This document shows, piece after piece, positions 50,200 through 61,125 of a stretch of 64,000 bases of DNA. Positions within the stretch are counted from its first letter, which is position 1; each line of letters begins with the position of its first letter. The notes under the pieces are model-generated. The model saw only the letters and a program-made list of their open reading frames with translations. It did not search any database and had not been told where the DNA came from. The position numbers and the translations under genes were made by a program. The stretch is from the human T2T-CHM13v2.0 reference genome, Homo sapiens, in the NCBI RefSeq assembly GCF_009914755.1, contig NC_060934.1, one strand, 5' to 3'.

Positions 50200-50637
50200 C
50201 AGTTCTCTGCCGTGATGCCCTCAGATCCTCTTGGATGTCCTTTATGAGCTCCATGCATCCCTGCCCCAGCGCTTGCATGCTTCTCTCCTAACAGCTTGCA
50301 GTTGCAACCTTCTTGAGACACCTGCAGGCTATTGCAGTTGCTTTGCTCAAAGGTACTGAGAACCAGAAGTGTCCCAGAGAGGCCTGCAGACAATGATCAG
50401 GAGGCAGGAGTATGAAAGCCCAGCTCTTTTCCTTCAAGGCGGGCAAACTCAGAGATGGAATTTACACTGTAGAGCTCCCTGCAGGATCAGGCCTTGGTGG
50501 GGACTTCACCTGTAATTGTATCATTGCGTGGCTTCTTCCCTTCCCTGTCTTGTTTTCCCCACTCCCTTTCTGGGTTCTCCCAGGAGCAATTTCATAATGC
50601 TTGCATGTGAATTTTCATGTCAGGTCTGCCTGTGACA
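50200..50637 (+). mobile_element. LTR16A-like ERVL LTR
   Basis: 'caggagtatgaaagcccagctc', 'cttcccttccctgtcttgttttccccactccc', 'gcttgcatgtgaa...tcaggtctgc'. Confidence 0.7.
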
Positions 50638-52779
50638 TGACGCATAGCAGGATTTCAATTCACCATGGTTCCCTCCTCCTCTTCTCATGTTCATCAAGTA
50701 CATTAGCCAATAGAGGGCTGTCACACATATTGTTCATTGGAAGTGTAAGCTAACCCTGGCAGTTTCTTAGAGTGGGAATTATTACGCCCATTCTGCAGGT
50801 GCACAACTGAGACCCATGTGAAAGATCACGGAGTTAGTAGGTGGAAAAGGTGAGGTGTAAATCATGTCTTCTGTATTCAAGTCCAGCCTTCTTCCTGCAG
50901 TACCAGCCTGCAGAATTCTCTGAGCTCAGGGCTGGCTTAAGCCTGGGCCGGCATGTATAGATGAGATATGATTCTGGATCAGTTGCCAGGCAGAGAGCTC
51001 AGACTCCAATCTTCTTTCTCCCTTGCCTTGAGCACCACCTTCCCACCCCTGTACCTAGAGCACAGCTGAATCATACCACAATGGGATCATCTGGAAAAAA
51101 CAATGACGTGACTGGTTTAAAAGGAAGACCATGCAGTGAAGGAGACCCTGTCCCCTGCTCACATGCTGTGTGACCTTGGGCAAATTGTGAAATCTCTCTG
51201 AGCCCTGGTTTCCTTATTTAGTCTTTCCAGCCACCAGGTGGGGCACGGGCTGTTATCCTCCTAATTTTAGAGCTGGCTGAGAGCAGTAATAGATGTTCCG
51301 GGAAGGGGAGGCTCAAGCAGAACAGAGAACAAATGCTCTTGTCCTCTTCTCCCAGTGCAAGAATCCCCTGAGCTGCATTTCTGACAATGTACATCTGGCT
51401 ATGCCAGCGACCTTGCGCTCTTGCAGAGGCCCTTTCTGGCTCAGGCTACCAGCATTCTTCCCAGAGAGCCCACTGGCCTTCCACTGGGTCTGGTGGGATT
51501 CCTGGAGGTTGTTCAGATGACCATGCCTTTCAGGGATTTGAGGACAGCTTCCTGTGCCCTGAAGTCTGTTCTTTCTTAGCCCCAATAAGGGAGCATAAAG
51601 TAGCTGCTTACACATTCCTTTCATCCCCAGATCATTCTCCTCTGGGTCTCTGCTCACAGACCTTCCATCAAGAAATTCACTACAGTGTGTTGGAACAGTC
51701 TATGTACCTGACTACCACACAAGGTATGCTCCTTAAGGACAGAGATCTCATCTTAGTCTTTAAATCTCCACAGCCCAGCCCTGAATCTGGCTCAGTGGAA
51801 GTCCTCAAACGCAACAGAATAAAGTGGACTTTGAAGTCAGGAAGACTTGCATTAAAATCCCAGCTTTACTGCTAGTTAGCTGTGGCGTCTTAGGCTGTTT
51901 TTTTTTTTTTTTGTTTTGTTTTGTTTTTTTGTTTTTGCTTCTTTAAGCTTCAGTTTCCTCATCTGTGAAATGGTCTGATAGTATCACTTATTTCACAGGG
52001 CTGTTGTAAGGATCAAATGGCATCATGAATGGAGGGTACCAAGTCCTGCACCCAGCCTGCAGTGACTAGCACCTGCTCCCTGCTGAACATGGTGGCTGGG
52101 GCTGGACATGGTCCTTGGGGGTGTGATCTGAGCAGCCTGCAGCATTCTGGGCCTTTCAACTGCCGCATCCTGGTACCAGTCTCATGCTTCCTGGTACCCT
52201 ACAGATGGCTGTCTCCTGGTGGAGTCACCAGGTTGGAGGGGTCCTCAGAATGCCAACAGAACAGAGCAGCCCTGAGCTCCGGCACCTGTCACTGTGGCTT
52301 GACTGGATACATATCTCCAGACCAAGGCAAGCATCTCTGGCAGAACCCACTGTGGAGATCCTAAATTGGCACCCCGTAGAGTGAGCTGTCTGATTCTACA
52401 AAGGCAGTATTTCTAGGTTTCAAAGGAACTGAATAATTTAAAATGCACAAGACAAAAAGTGGGATTAAGGTGATCTGATAGGCTCTCCAGGCTGGGGTAT
52501 CAATTATACTCTCAACTCGTAAAGCCTTATTTGTGAGATTCAGAATTTATTATCTGTCTGAAGCACTAATTACCAGGTTTCTCTCTTTTAATTTTACAGG
52601 TCTCTTCTCAGATTTATTTTTCTCTTTTTTCCCTCCCACTGGGGACAAATAGCTTCCATTCCTGAAGGGAAGTTGCCTGCTTGGAGATGGACAGAGGAAG
52701 ATATTTGGGTTCAGCTTATCCCCTCTGGGCACTTTGGGGGAAGCAGCATGGGTTGGGGCAGGAGAACTCTAATGTGTAT

Positions 52780-53845
52780 GTGTTAATAAACTTACTGTTT
52801 TCTAAAATTTTGTCAAAGGTATGCATGTTTATAGTTTAAAGAGGTGAAGAGTTCCATGTGGCCTACTGTATTTTTCCTTCCTTGTATAACTTTTATTTTC
52901 CTAGGAGCTAATAACTATCTTGTTCTTTTGTTTGCTTGCCTTTCTCTGTACTTATCACTAATTCAACTCCAGAGTCTTTACTGATTGCCTATTCCAATAT
53001 TTTCACCCACATCAGGTGCTCTATCAATTTCATTGTCCTGAAGAGTTTCCCTGACAGCCTTCTGACCTGGTGCCCTCAGAACAGGCAGCATTCTGTGCCC
53101 GGGCCTCGTCTCATCCCGGGATCTCCCTTTATCAGCTTCCTAGGGATGCCCTTCCCTCCTCTCCTGTGTCAGAGTTTCCTGCCTGTTCAGTCTCCATCTA
53201 TTTTGGTTTACAACTTTGTTTTGTTAGAGCACATCCTCTAATGGCTTCTCAGGAAGAATCCATGGGAGACAAAAATTTTGCCTTTCTGGAAATCATACTT
53301 GATTATTTGGTTGGATATAAAATTCAGGAGTGAGTTTTTTCTTTTGAAAATGAACTTTTCACATTATCATTTTGTTTCCAGTGATGTAAATAAGTCAATG
53401 CCATTCTGCTTCCTAAGTCTCTTATATATTACCTGTTTTTTCCCCCTCTTATTAGGAAGCTTGTGAGCTCTTCTCATTGTTGCCAGAGATCTGAAAGTTA
53501 ATCTTGCTGTGCTGTGGTGAAAACTTATATTTATCCATTGTATTGAATACTTGATGGAACTTTGAGTCTAGAAACTCATGCTTTTCAGTTTTGGGAAATT
53601 TTCCTAAATTATTTCTTGGATGACTTTCTTTCCTCTGTTTTTTTTTTTTTTTTTCTTTTATCTCTCTGAGAACTTCTATAGTTTATGTATTAGAATTCCT
53701 GAATTGATCTTCTAATTTTATCTTTTTTTCTTAATTTTTTCCCTTTGAATTGTTGTACTCTTTTTTGAAATCTTTCTTCAACTTCATCTTCCAATCCTTT
53801 TATTTTTACTGCTTTATTCTTTTATATATTTGATTTTCAAATTAT
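52780..53845 (-). mobile_element. Old L1ME-type fragment
   Basis: T-rich; 'ggatataaaattc', 'aaactcatgcttttcagttttgggaaattttc...aattatttctt', 'ttgatcttctaatttt'. Confidence 0.65.
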
Positions 53846-55178
53846 CCTTCATACAGCTCCAGAGAGAGTGTGCTAAAACACTGACTTATCATATTAAAGC
53901 CTTACTGGCTTTCCATTTTGCCTACAGAAGTCCTGTGTTTTTGGTATGATCTGTGGGCCCCAGCACATTTCTCCAGAGTCATCACATTAAGCCTCTCCAT
54001 GTAGCCAATGCTGCATCTGCTCCAGCCAACTCACCATGCTGGATGCATGATGAAAAGACCCTCTTTTAGTCTTACTGGTCTCTTTTTAAATTTATTTTTC
54101 CCCCACTGGGGCCCAACAGCTCTCATTCGTAAAAAGGAATTGCCTGCTTAGAGATAGAGGATTTTGCTCTGACGGAGGCTTCCTTCTAGAATGCTTTTAC
54201 CCTGACTGCTCTCACAGTTGACTATGGTCCTGCCTTCCCCACTGGACTGAGAAGTCCCCAAGGCCAGGAGCTGTTCTGAGCACCTATCAAGCCCCAGGCC
54301 CACAGCAAGATAGGTGTTCCATCCACACTTGATGAGAGTTGATGAGTGCTCTCATGTAAACCTCTGGACTAGTCTCCTAACAGGTCCAGGGATGAATCCA
54401 ACACAATCTCTGCATTCAGCTGATTGACATAAGATGAGGACGAGGGCACACAAAGTATGTTCATGTACACACACACACATACACACACAGACTGAGTCAA
54501 TAGGTGGTTGATTGCCACTAGTGCATTAAGAGAGGGACACAAAACGTGCAAGGAGAATTTCTGGGAAACAAAACTCCCATCATATCCATGAAAGCTTTCT
54601 TACGGGGTGCTGCAGTGCTACCTCTCTGGGCCAGTGTGTGGACCTCAGGTGTCTCTGCCTCCCTAGGTGGGCCTCCCTTTGGTCTTTGCTGCCATCTCTC
54701 TGGCTGCTCTGTCCTTCTCTTAAGAACAGGGTAAAACCATTTTCCATTCTTTTCAATACTGAACAGCAGGCTGACATTTGCAAAAATTCTTTCTCTGTAA
54801 ATAGGAGCAAATCAGGAAGAGCTGAATTCTCTTAGCTCTGGCTAACTTTAGTGCCCGGATGGGGTCCATACTCTGTCCCAAGGGAGCCTGTTTTACTAGT
54901 AGCTGCCATTCATTGGGCACGTCCTATGTGCCAAGCACCATGTGAAGTGCTCCAGGTATGTGATCTCATTTAAGCCTCAAAACAGATCTGTCGGGCAGGT
55001 ATTGTCGTCATTTTATATACTAGGAAGCTGAAGCTCAGAGAGGTTAAATGACTAATTCAAGATCAGACAGTCCAAAAAGGCAGAATAAGCCAGGATTCAG
55101 ATCCAGGTATGGTGATTCCACCCTTAAACACAATAAGAAAGAAAAAAGAGAGAAGGAGGCCACAAAGGTTCTCATTTG

Positions 55179-55495
55179 GGTCAAGCACGGTGGCTCATGT
55201 CTGTAATCTCAGCACTTTAGGAGCCTGAGGTGGACAGATCAGCTTGAGGCCAGAGTTTGAGATCAGCCTGGCTAACTAACATGGTGAGGACCTGGTCTCT
55301 ACTAAAAATGAAAAAATTAGCAGGTGTGGTGGCAAACGCCTGTAATCCCAGCTATTGGGAGGCTGAGGCATGAGAACTGCTTGAGCCTGGGAGGCAGGGG
55401 TTGCATGAGCTGAGATTGTGCCATTGACCTGAGATTGTGCCATTGCACACAGGCCTGGGTGACAGAGCAAGACTCTGTCTCAAAAAAAAAAAAAA
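55179..55495 (+). mobile_element. Alu (S/Jb-like) with internal 19-bp tandem duplication
   Basis: Dimer plus poly-A; TSD aaaggttctcatt (55164-55176, 55496-55508); ctgagattgtgccattg repeated at 55410 and 55429. Confidence 0.95.
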
Positions 55496-56244
55496 AAAGG
55501 TTCTCATTGGGAGCCCCTATACAATGGCTCTGGGTAAGAGACAGCTCAGGGGAACGAGGGCAGGGAGGAGGACTACATGGATCCCATGCAGCTTTTGTCC
55601 CTGGACCAAGGCCAGACAGAGATGTGACCCTAGGAAATGACAGCTTTTGTGGTGTGTCGGCTGGGGCCCCTGGTGAGGTACTGGATGTGGCTGGCAGCGG
55701 TTCTCACTTTGTGGCTGACTTCATCAGGCAGTTGCAGAGGAATGGGAAGACTTAGTTAGTAGTGCAGTCTGAAGGAAGGAGCCTCCGAGACTGTCCAGCT
55801 GATCTCTTTGCTTCATTCACCCCAGAGGAGGCAGAGGCCCCAGGAAAGGAGCTGACCTCTCTAAGCCCACATGGTGCATGGGGGCAGGGACTGGCCCATG
55901 GACCTGATCTCCTGTTGTCTATCCCAGGACTCCTCCCACGGTGCGTTGGAGAGGCATTTCTGGCCCCAGAGAGCAAAGAGCTCTACCAAGAACACGGCTC
56001 AGAGAGACCAAAGAGAACAAGAACCATAGAAGATGACATGGGAGACTAGGATATGATTCAGGTTATTCTAAAATGCCATTTGCATTCTTAGGAAAGAAGT
56101 GCCATTTAATTACTCTATGTGCCTGATAGCAACTCCAACAGCCAGAGAAGATGTACCCTAGGAGGCCTTTCATGGTGGAGACAGTCCTCATTCTGAACTT
56201 CTAAAAGGATCCCAGCCTTGATGCTTGAACACTGCTGGGGGAGG

Positions 56245-57060
56245 GTCAATTGTCACACCATTATGAGAAACAATTAGGCATTATCCAGAAAAGTCTGAGA
56301 AGCCCACACCTTATGACCCGGAGAGCCTTTGGAGTAGTACACAGAAAATCTCTTGGACCCGTGCTCCAGGAGGCACAGGTAAGAATGTTCGTGCCACATT
56401 ACTGAATACAACCCAAATGCTCATTGCAGTAGAACGGATCAGTAAACTGTGTATGTTCATCCCACGGAGAATGAGCGATCTACAGCTACATGTGAATAAA
56501 TCTCAGGAATGTAACGTTGAGTGAAAAGAGCAGGTCTCAGAAGAATACACAGAGCGTGATTTTATTTATGGGAAATAAAAAGACACGCAAAACTACTGTT
56601 TAGGGATACAAATATGTATAGTAAAATTACAAAGAAGGGCAAAGGAGTGAGAAGAATAAAGTTCAGGATGGTGGTGTTTGTGGTTACTGCTATAGGAAGG
56701 GAAGGGACTAGAATCAGGGGGATCACACAAGGCACCAAAATGATCAAGTTCAGTTTGTTCAGCTGGGTGGTTGGTATATGGGTGGGTTATGGGTATTCTT
56801 ATTCATTTATATATATTTATTTTCTTTTTTAAACTTCCTTTTATTTTTTTAGAGATGGGGACTTGCTATGTTGCCAGGCTGGTCTCGAACTCCTGGCTTC
56901 AAGCCTCATAAAATGTTGAAATTACAGGCGTGAGCCGTTCCACTTGGCTTTTTTATTTTAGCCTTACATATATTTTATAATTGTTATTTTGTGTTACAAT
57001 AAATATGTAACAGATTTCAAGTGTGGTTGTTTTATAAAATAACAGAAAAATAAGCAAAAA
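56245..57060 (+). mobile_element. L1ME 3' fragment containing an antisense FLAM/Alu left-arm piece (about 56840-56948)
   Basis: 'aacccaaatgctcattgcagtagaacggat', 'aacgttgagtgaaaagagc', 'gttcaggatggtggt'. Confidence 0.75.
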
Positions 57061-57098
57061 ATATAAGTTGCTTATTATCTCTCCTCTAGGAGACAAAC

Positions 57099-57466
57099 TG
57101 ATATGGTTTGGCTGTGTCCCCACCCAAATCTCATCTCGAATTGCAGCTTCCATAATTCCCTCATGTTGTGAGAGGGAGCCAGTGGGAGATACTGGGTTCC
57201 TCCCAGTACGGGAGTATTCCCGCACACTGTTCTCATGGTGGTGAGTAAGTCTCACAAGATCTGATGGTTTTATAAGGGGAAAACCCTTTCGCTTGGCTCT
57301 CACTCTTCTCTTGTCTGCTGCCATGTGAGACGTGCCTTTCACCTTCTGCCATGATTGTGAGGCCTCCCCAGCCACGTGGAACTGTGAGTCCATTAAACCT
57401 CTTCCTTTTGTAAATTGGCCAGTCTTGGGTATGTCTTTATCAGCAGCATGAAAACGGACTTATACA
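57099..57466 (+). mobile_element. THE1B-type MaLR solo LTR
   Basis: 'tgatatggtttggctgtgtccccacccaaatctcatct' ... 'tataca'; TSD CAAAC (57094-57098, 57467-57471). Confidence 0.96.
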
Positions 57467-59519
57467 CAAACACAGTGAAAATGGACTAATACACAAACAC
57501 AGGCCATCTTTTGGTGTGGGTCATCCCAGGCTTTTATGGACTCATTTTATTTGTTCAATATTTGCTGATTTGCATCAGTCTCTACCTGTGGGTGTGTCCA
57601 GGCTGAGACAGAGCTGGGACTGGCTGATTCTTCTGAGGCTAGACCTAGTTTTCCTCCTTTCCCATCCCCAGCAGTTGTCTCTGTAGGAGTGGAGGGACTT
57701 TCTTTTTTTGTGGTTGTATTTGGAGAGAAAGAGCTTTGGAGATTTTTTTTTTTTCTGGAGCACATAGATGGGACAAGAGGGGAGACCCCTGCCTGGCCTG
57801 AAGAATTGGATTTTGGCCCTGATGAAAGAGGAAATGGGGCAGAGACTGCCTGAATGGAGTTAAGAAAATGCCTGGGGAGACTCTGAGCTCAAGGAGGCCC
57901 ATGTTGGGATCCAGGGCCAACACAGCATCAGGTCAGTGCTAGAACTGAGTGACAATATGGGATGGGGGCCAGGCAGCAGTCCCTCAGTGGTGCAGTCCTC
58001 GACAAACCAGATGGATGGCCCTGTCTGCAGGTGCCTCCTTGATTAGCTCACAGTCCCACAGGAGGGCCAGCCAGACTTGTTCTGAGCACAAGAGGTGCCT
58101 GTGGTGTCTCTCAACAACAACTTGGGGAGATTTTCCAAAGGAGGTGATAACGCTCTGCAGCTAGGCAGTTAGGATCCAGAGCTACCAGGATTTGAATATA
58201 ATGCTAGTATGACTACATTCATATGCACAGCTGTCACTAAATAATATTTTATTAAATAATTTTAAATGGTTGCCATATTATTCTGTTGTTTGGATGCATT
58301 GAGGTTAGTTTATCTGATCCCTTATTGTTGGGATATTAAGTTGTTTCTCTCTATAAGCAATTCTGCAATAAATGTTTTTGAACATTTGTGACTATTTCCT
58401 AAGAAACATTATTAGAAATACGCTTACTAGGGTAATGGATTTGCAATTTTTTTTTCAGGTTTCTTTCCTTTTTGCTGAAGGGTTTGCAAAATTTTAAGGA
58501 TTTTGATGTAAATTGCTAAAATGTCATCCAGAAGGAATATGTGAATTCGTATTTACCAGCGATAAGTAAAATACCTGTTTCCTCACACTCTTGCCAAGAT
58601 GGAATATGATTTTAAAATATATTTTGCATATTGAAGAATCATAAATTATGATATCTCATTTTCATTGTTGCATTTCTTTGGTTTCAGAAGAAAGTAAACT
58701 TTTTTCATGTGTTTATAGGACATTTAATTTTTTGGCATTATCTGTTCATCTTTTGCCATGTTTTTCTATCTGGATATTCGTATTTTTTCAATACAATTTG
58801 AAGCACTGTTTATACGTTGAGATTGTGACCCCCTTTTTTCTTTTTCAGGGATAAAAACAACTAGTGTATTGATTTGGGGAGGAGAGAAGGGGTGCAGATG
58901 GGAAATGGGGAGGCAAGGGCTCTTTAGTGTTTCCCAAAACCACTGCCACACCCCCTCCACCCTCTCTTGCCTTCCTCCTCTATGGTGGGCCCCAGCAGGC
59001 TCTCCCCCTTTCCAGTGACCTCCCTCTCCCTCCTCTCTGCACCCCACTTGGCTTCAACCTCTAGTGACTGCACAGAGCCCACCTGGGGTCTAACGCTGGG
59101 GAAGGCAGCTCGAACTCACCTTTCTTTCCCCTTCTTCCACCTCCCACCTCATTCCCGTCTGTTGTCTAAATAAAACACAGAAAAGGAAGCACAGCTGGTA
59201 CCAGGGAGACTCATCCCAGGGCTAGGGGTAGGGGTGGGAACTGGGGGCAAGGCAGGCAGAGGAACCTCAGCCCAGTGTAGTGGAATCATGGAAGGACAGG
59301 CCCGGGGGTCCGGCTCAGCCATCCCCCTCTCTTTCTCTCCCTCCATCTCGGAGGCTGGCCTGGCAGTGGGCCTGCTATTTGAGGAGGCTGTCAGGGAAGC
59401 CTCCATGCCTACCTCTCAGGAACCATGTGTGACCCCTTTTCTATCTTGTGTTTTGCATTTTTTTCCCGTGTGTCAGTTACATGTTTATGGTTTTTTTTTT
59501 TTAACTTTTATTTTGACTG

Positions 59520-59814
59520 TTTATTTATTTTTTCGGAAACAGCATTTTGCTCTGTCTCCCAGGCTGGAGTGCAGTGGCATGATCTCGGCTCACTGCAACT
59601 TCCACCTCCCAGGTTCAAGTGATCTCCCACTTCAGCATCCTGTGAAGCTGGGACTATAGGCGCCCATCACCATGCCCGGCTAATTTTTGTATTTTTAGTA
59701 GAGACAGGTTTTTGCCATGTTGGCAGGCTGGTCTCGAACTCCCGAGCTCAAGCAATCTGCCTGCCTCGGCCTCCCAAAGTGCTGGGATTACAGGCATCAG
59801 TCACTGCTCCCAGC
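59520..59814 (-). mobile_element. Alu (Jb-like)
   Basis: Full antisense dimer; TSD acttttattttga (59504-59516, 59819-59831). Confidence 0.95.
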
Positions 59815-61095
59815 GTTTACTTTTATTTTGAAATAATCTCAAGCTTATAGAAAAGTTGCAAGTATTAGCTGGGCATGGTGGCACGCACCTCGAATCTCAG
59901 CTACTCAGGTGAGAATCGCTTGAACCCAGGAGGTGGAGGTTGCAGTGAGCTGAGATTGTACTATTGCACTCCAGCCTGGGCAAAAGAGTGAGACTCTGTC
60001 TAAAAAAAAATAATAATAAAAAAAATAAAGCAAGAAAAGTTGCAAGTAGAGTATAAAGAACTTTTTTTTTCTAAACCCATTTGACAGTAAGTTGTTGACC
60101 CAATGCCTCATCATCCCTGGATACTTTAGTGCACATTTCCTACAAGCAAGGACATTTTCTGACATAACCTAATATGACCATCAGTATCAGGATGCTGACC
60201 TTGTACATGAAGACCAACTATTCCTCAGACACCATTCAACTTTTGCCAATTGTCCCAACAATGTCCTTTGCAGCAGAAAGATCCGGTTCAGAATCACATT
60301 TGCATTTAGTTGTCATGTCTCTTCATTCTCCTTTATCTGGGACAGTTCCTCAGGCTTTCCTTGACTTTCATGACCTTGGCACTATTGCAGAGTACAGGTC
60401 AGTTATTTTCTTGAACATCTGTCAGTGGGTTTTTCTGAAGTTTTTTCAGGACTTGCTTCAGCTTATTCATATTTGGCAGGAATATCAGAAGTGATGCTGA
60501 GTTCTCCTTGTTGCATCCCTTCATATCACGTGGGATTTTGATTTCTCTCCTTACTGGAGAGTGAAGCTTTGATCACTTGAAGATGGTTTCTGCCAGTTTT
60601 TTCCACTGTAAAGTTACTTTTTCTCGTTTGTAATTAATACTTTTTTTTAAATGAAGAGGTACTTTGAGACTGTGTAAATATCTTGTTCCTCCTAAACTTT
60701 CAATTTATTCATTTGTATATTTTGTCTATATAAACTCATGGATTTCTGTTTGATGCAATTCGTTATAATCCATTAATATCATTATTTATTCTGGTGCTCA
60801 AGCTGTCCTGGATTTAACCAGTAGGTGCCCCTTCAAGTGGGCTTCTGTATCTCTTTGATTTTGTCCCCATCATTCTTTGAACATTCTTTAATTTTTGGTA
60901 AACCAAGGTACTCCTCCTTAGCTTTGGAATCAGCTGTTTCTCCAGGGAGTCCTTGTTCCTTTTAGTGGAGAATGGTATTTAGAAGACAAGATCTGGGTCC
61001 TAGGTGTGCTCATTACTATTGGAGTGCCACAGCTCCAGCTCCCAGGTTCTCTCAGTGGACACACACGTAAGCATACATTCACACACTTGCATCTA
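59815..61095 (-). mobile_element. L1MC4/5-like 3' region (resumes at about 63413-63660)
   Basis: 'ttttattttgaaataat...agaaaagttgcaa', 'catttagttgtcatgtctct', 'ttccactgtaaagttac', 'agtggagaatggtatttagaa'. Confidence 0.8.
59865..60032 (+). mobile_element. 5'-truncated Alu (right arm only) with perfect 16-bp TSD
   Basis: Begins 'ttagctgggcatggtgg'; TSD agaaaagttgcaagta (59849-59864, 60033-60048). Confidence 0.95.
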
Positions 61096-61125
61096 TTTTA
61101 TATATATATATATATATATATGTAC

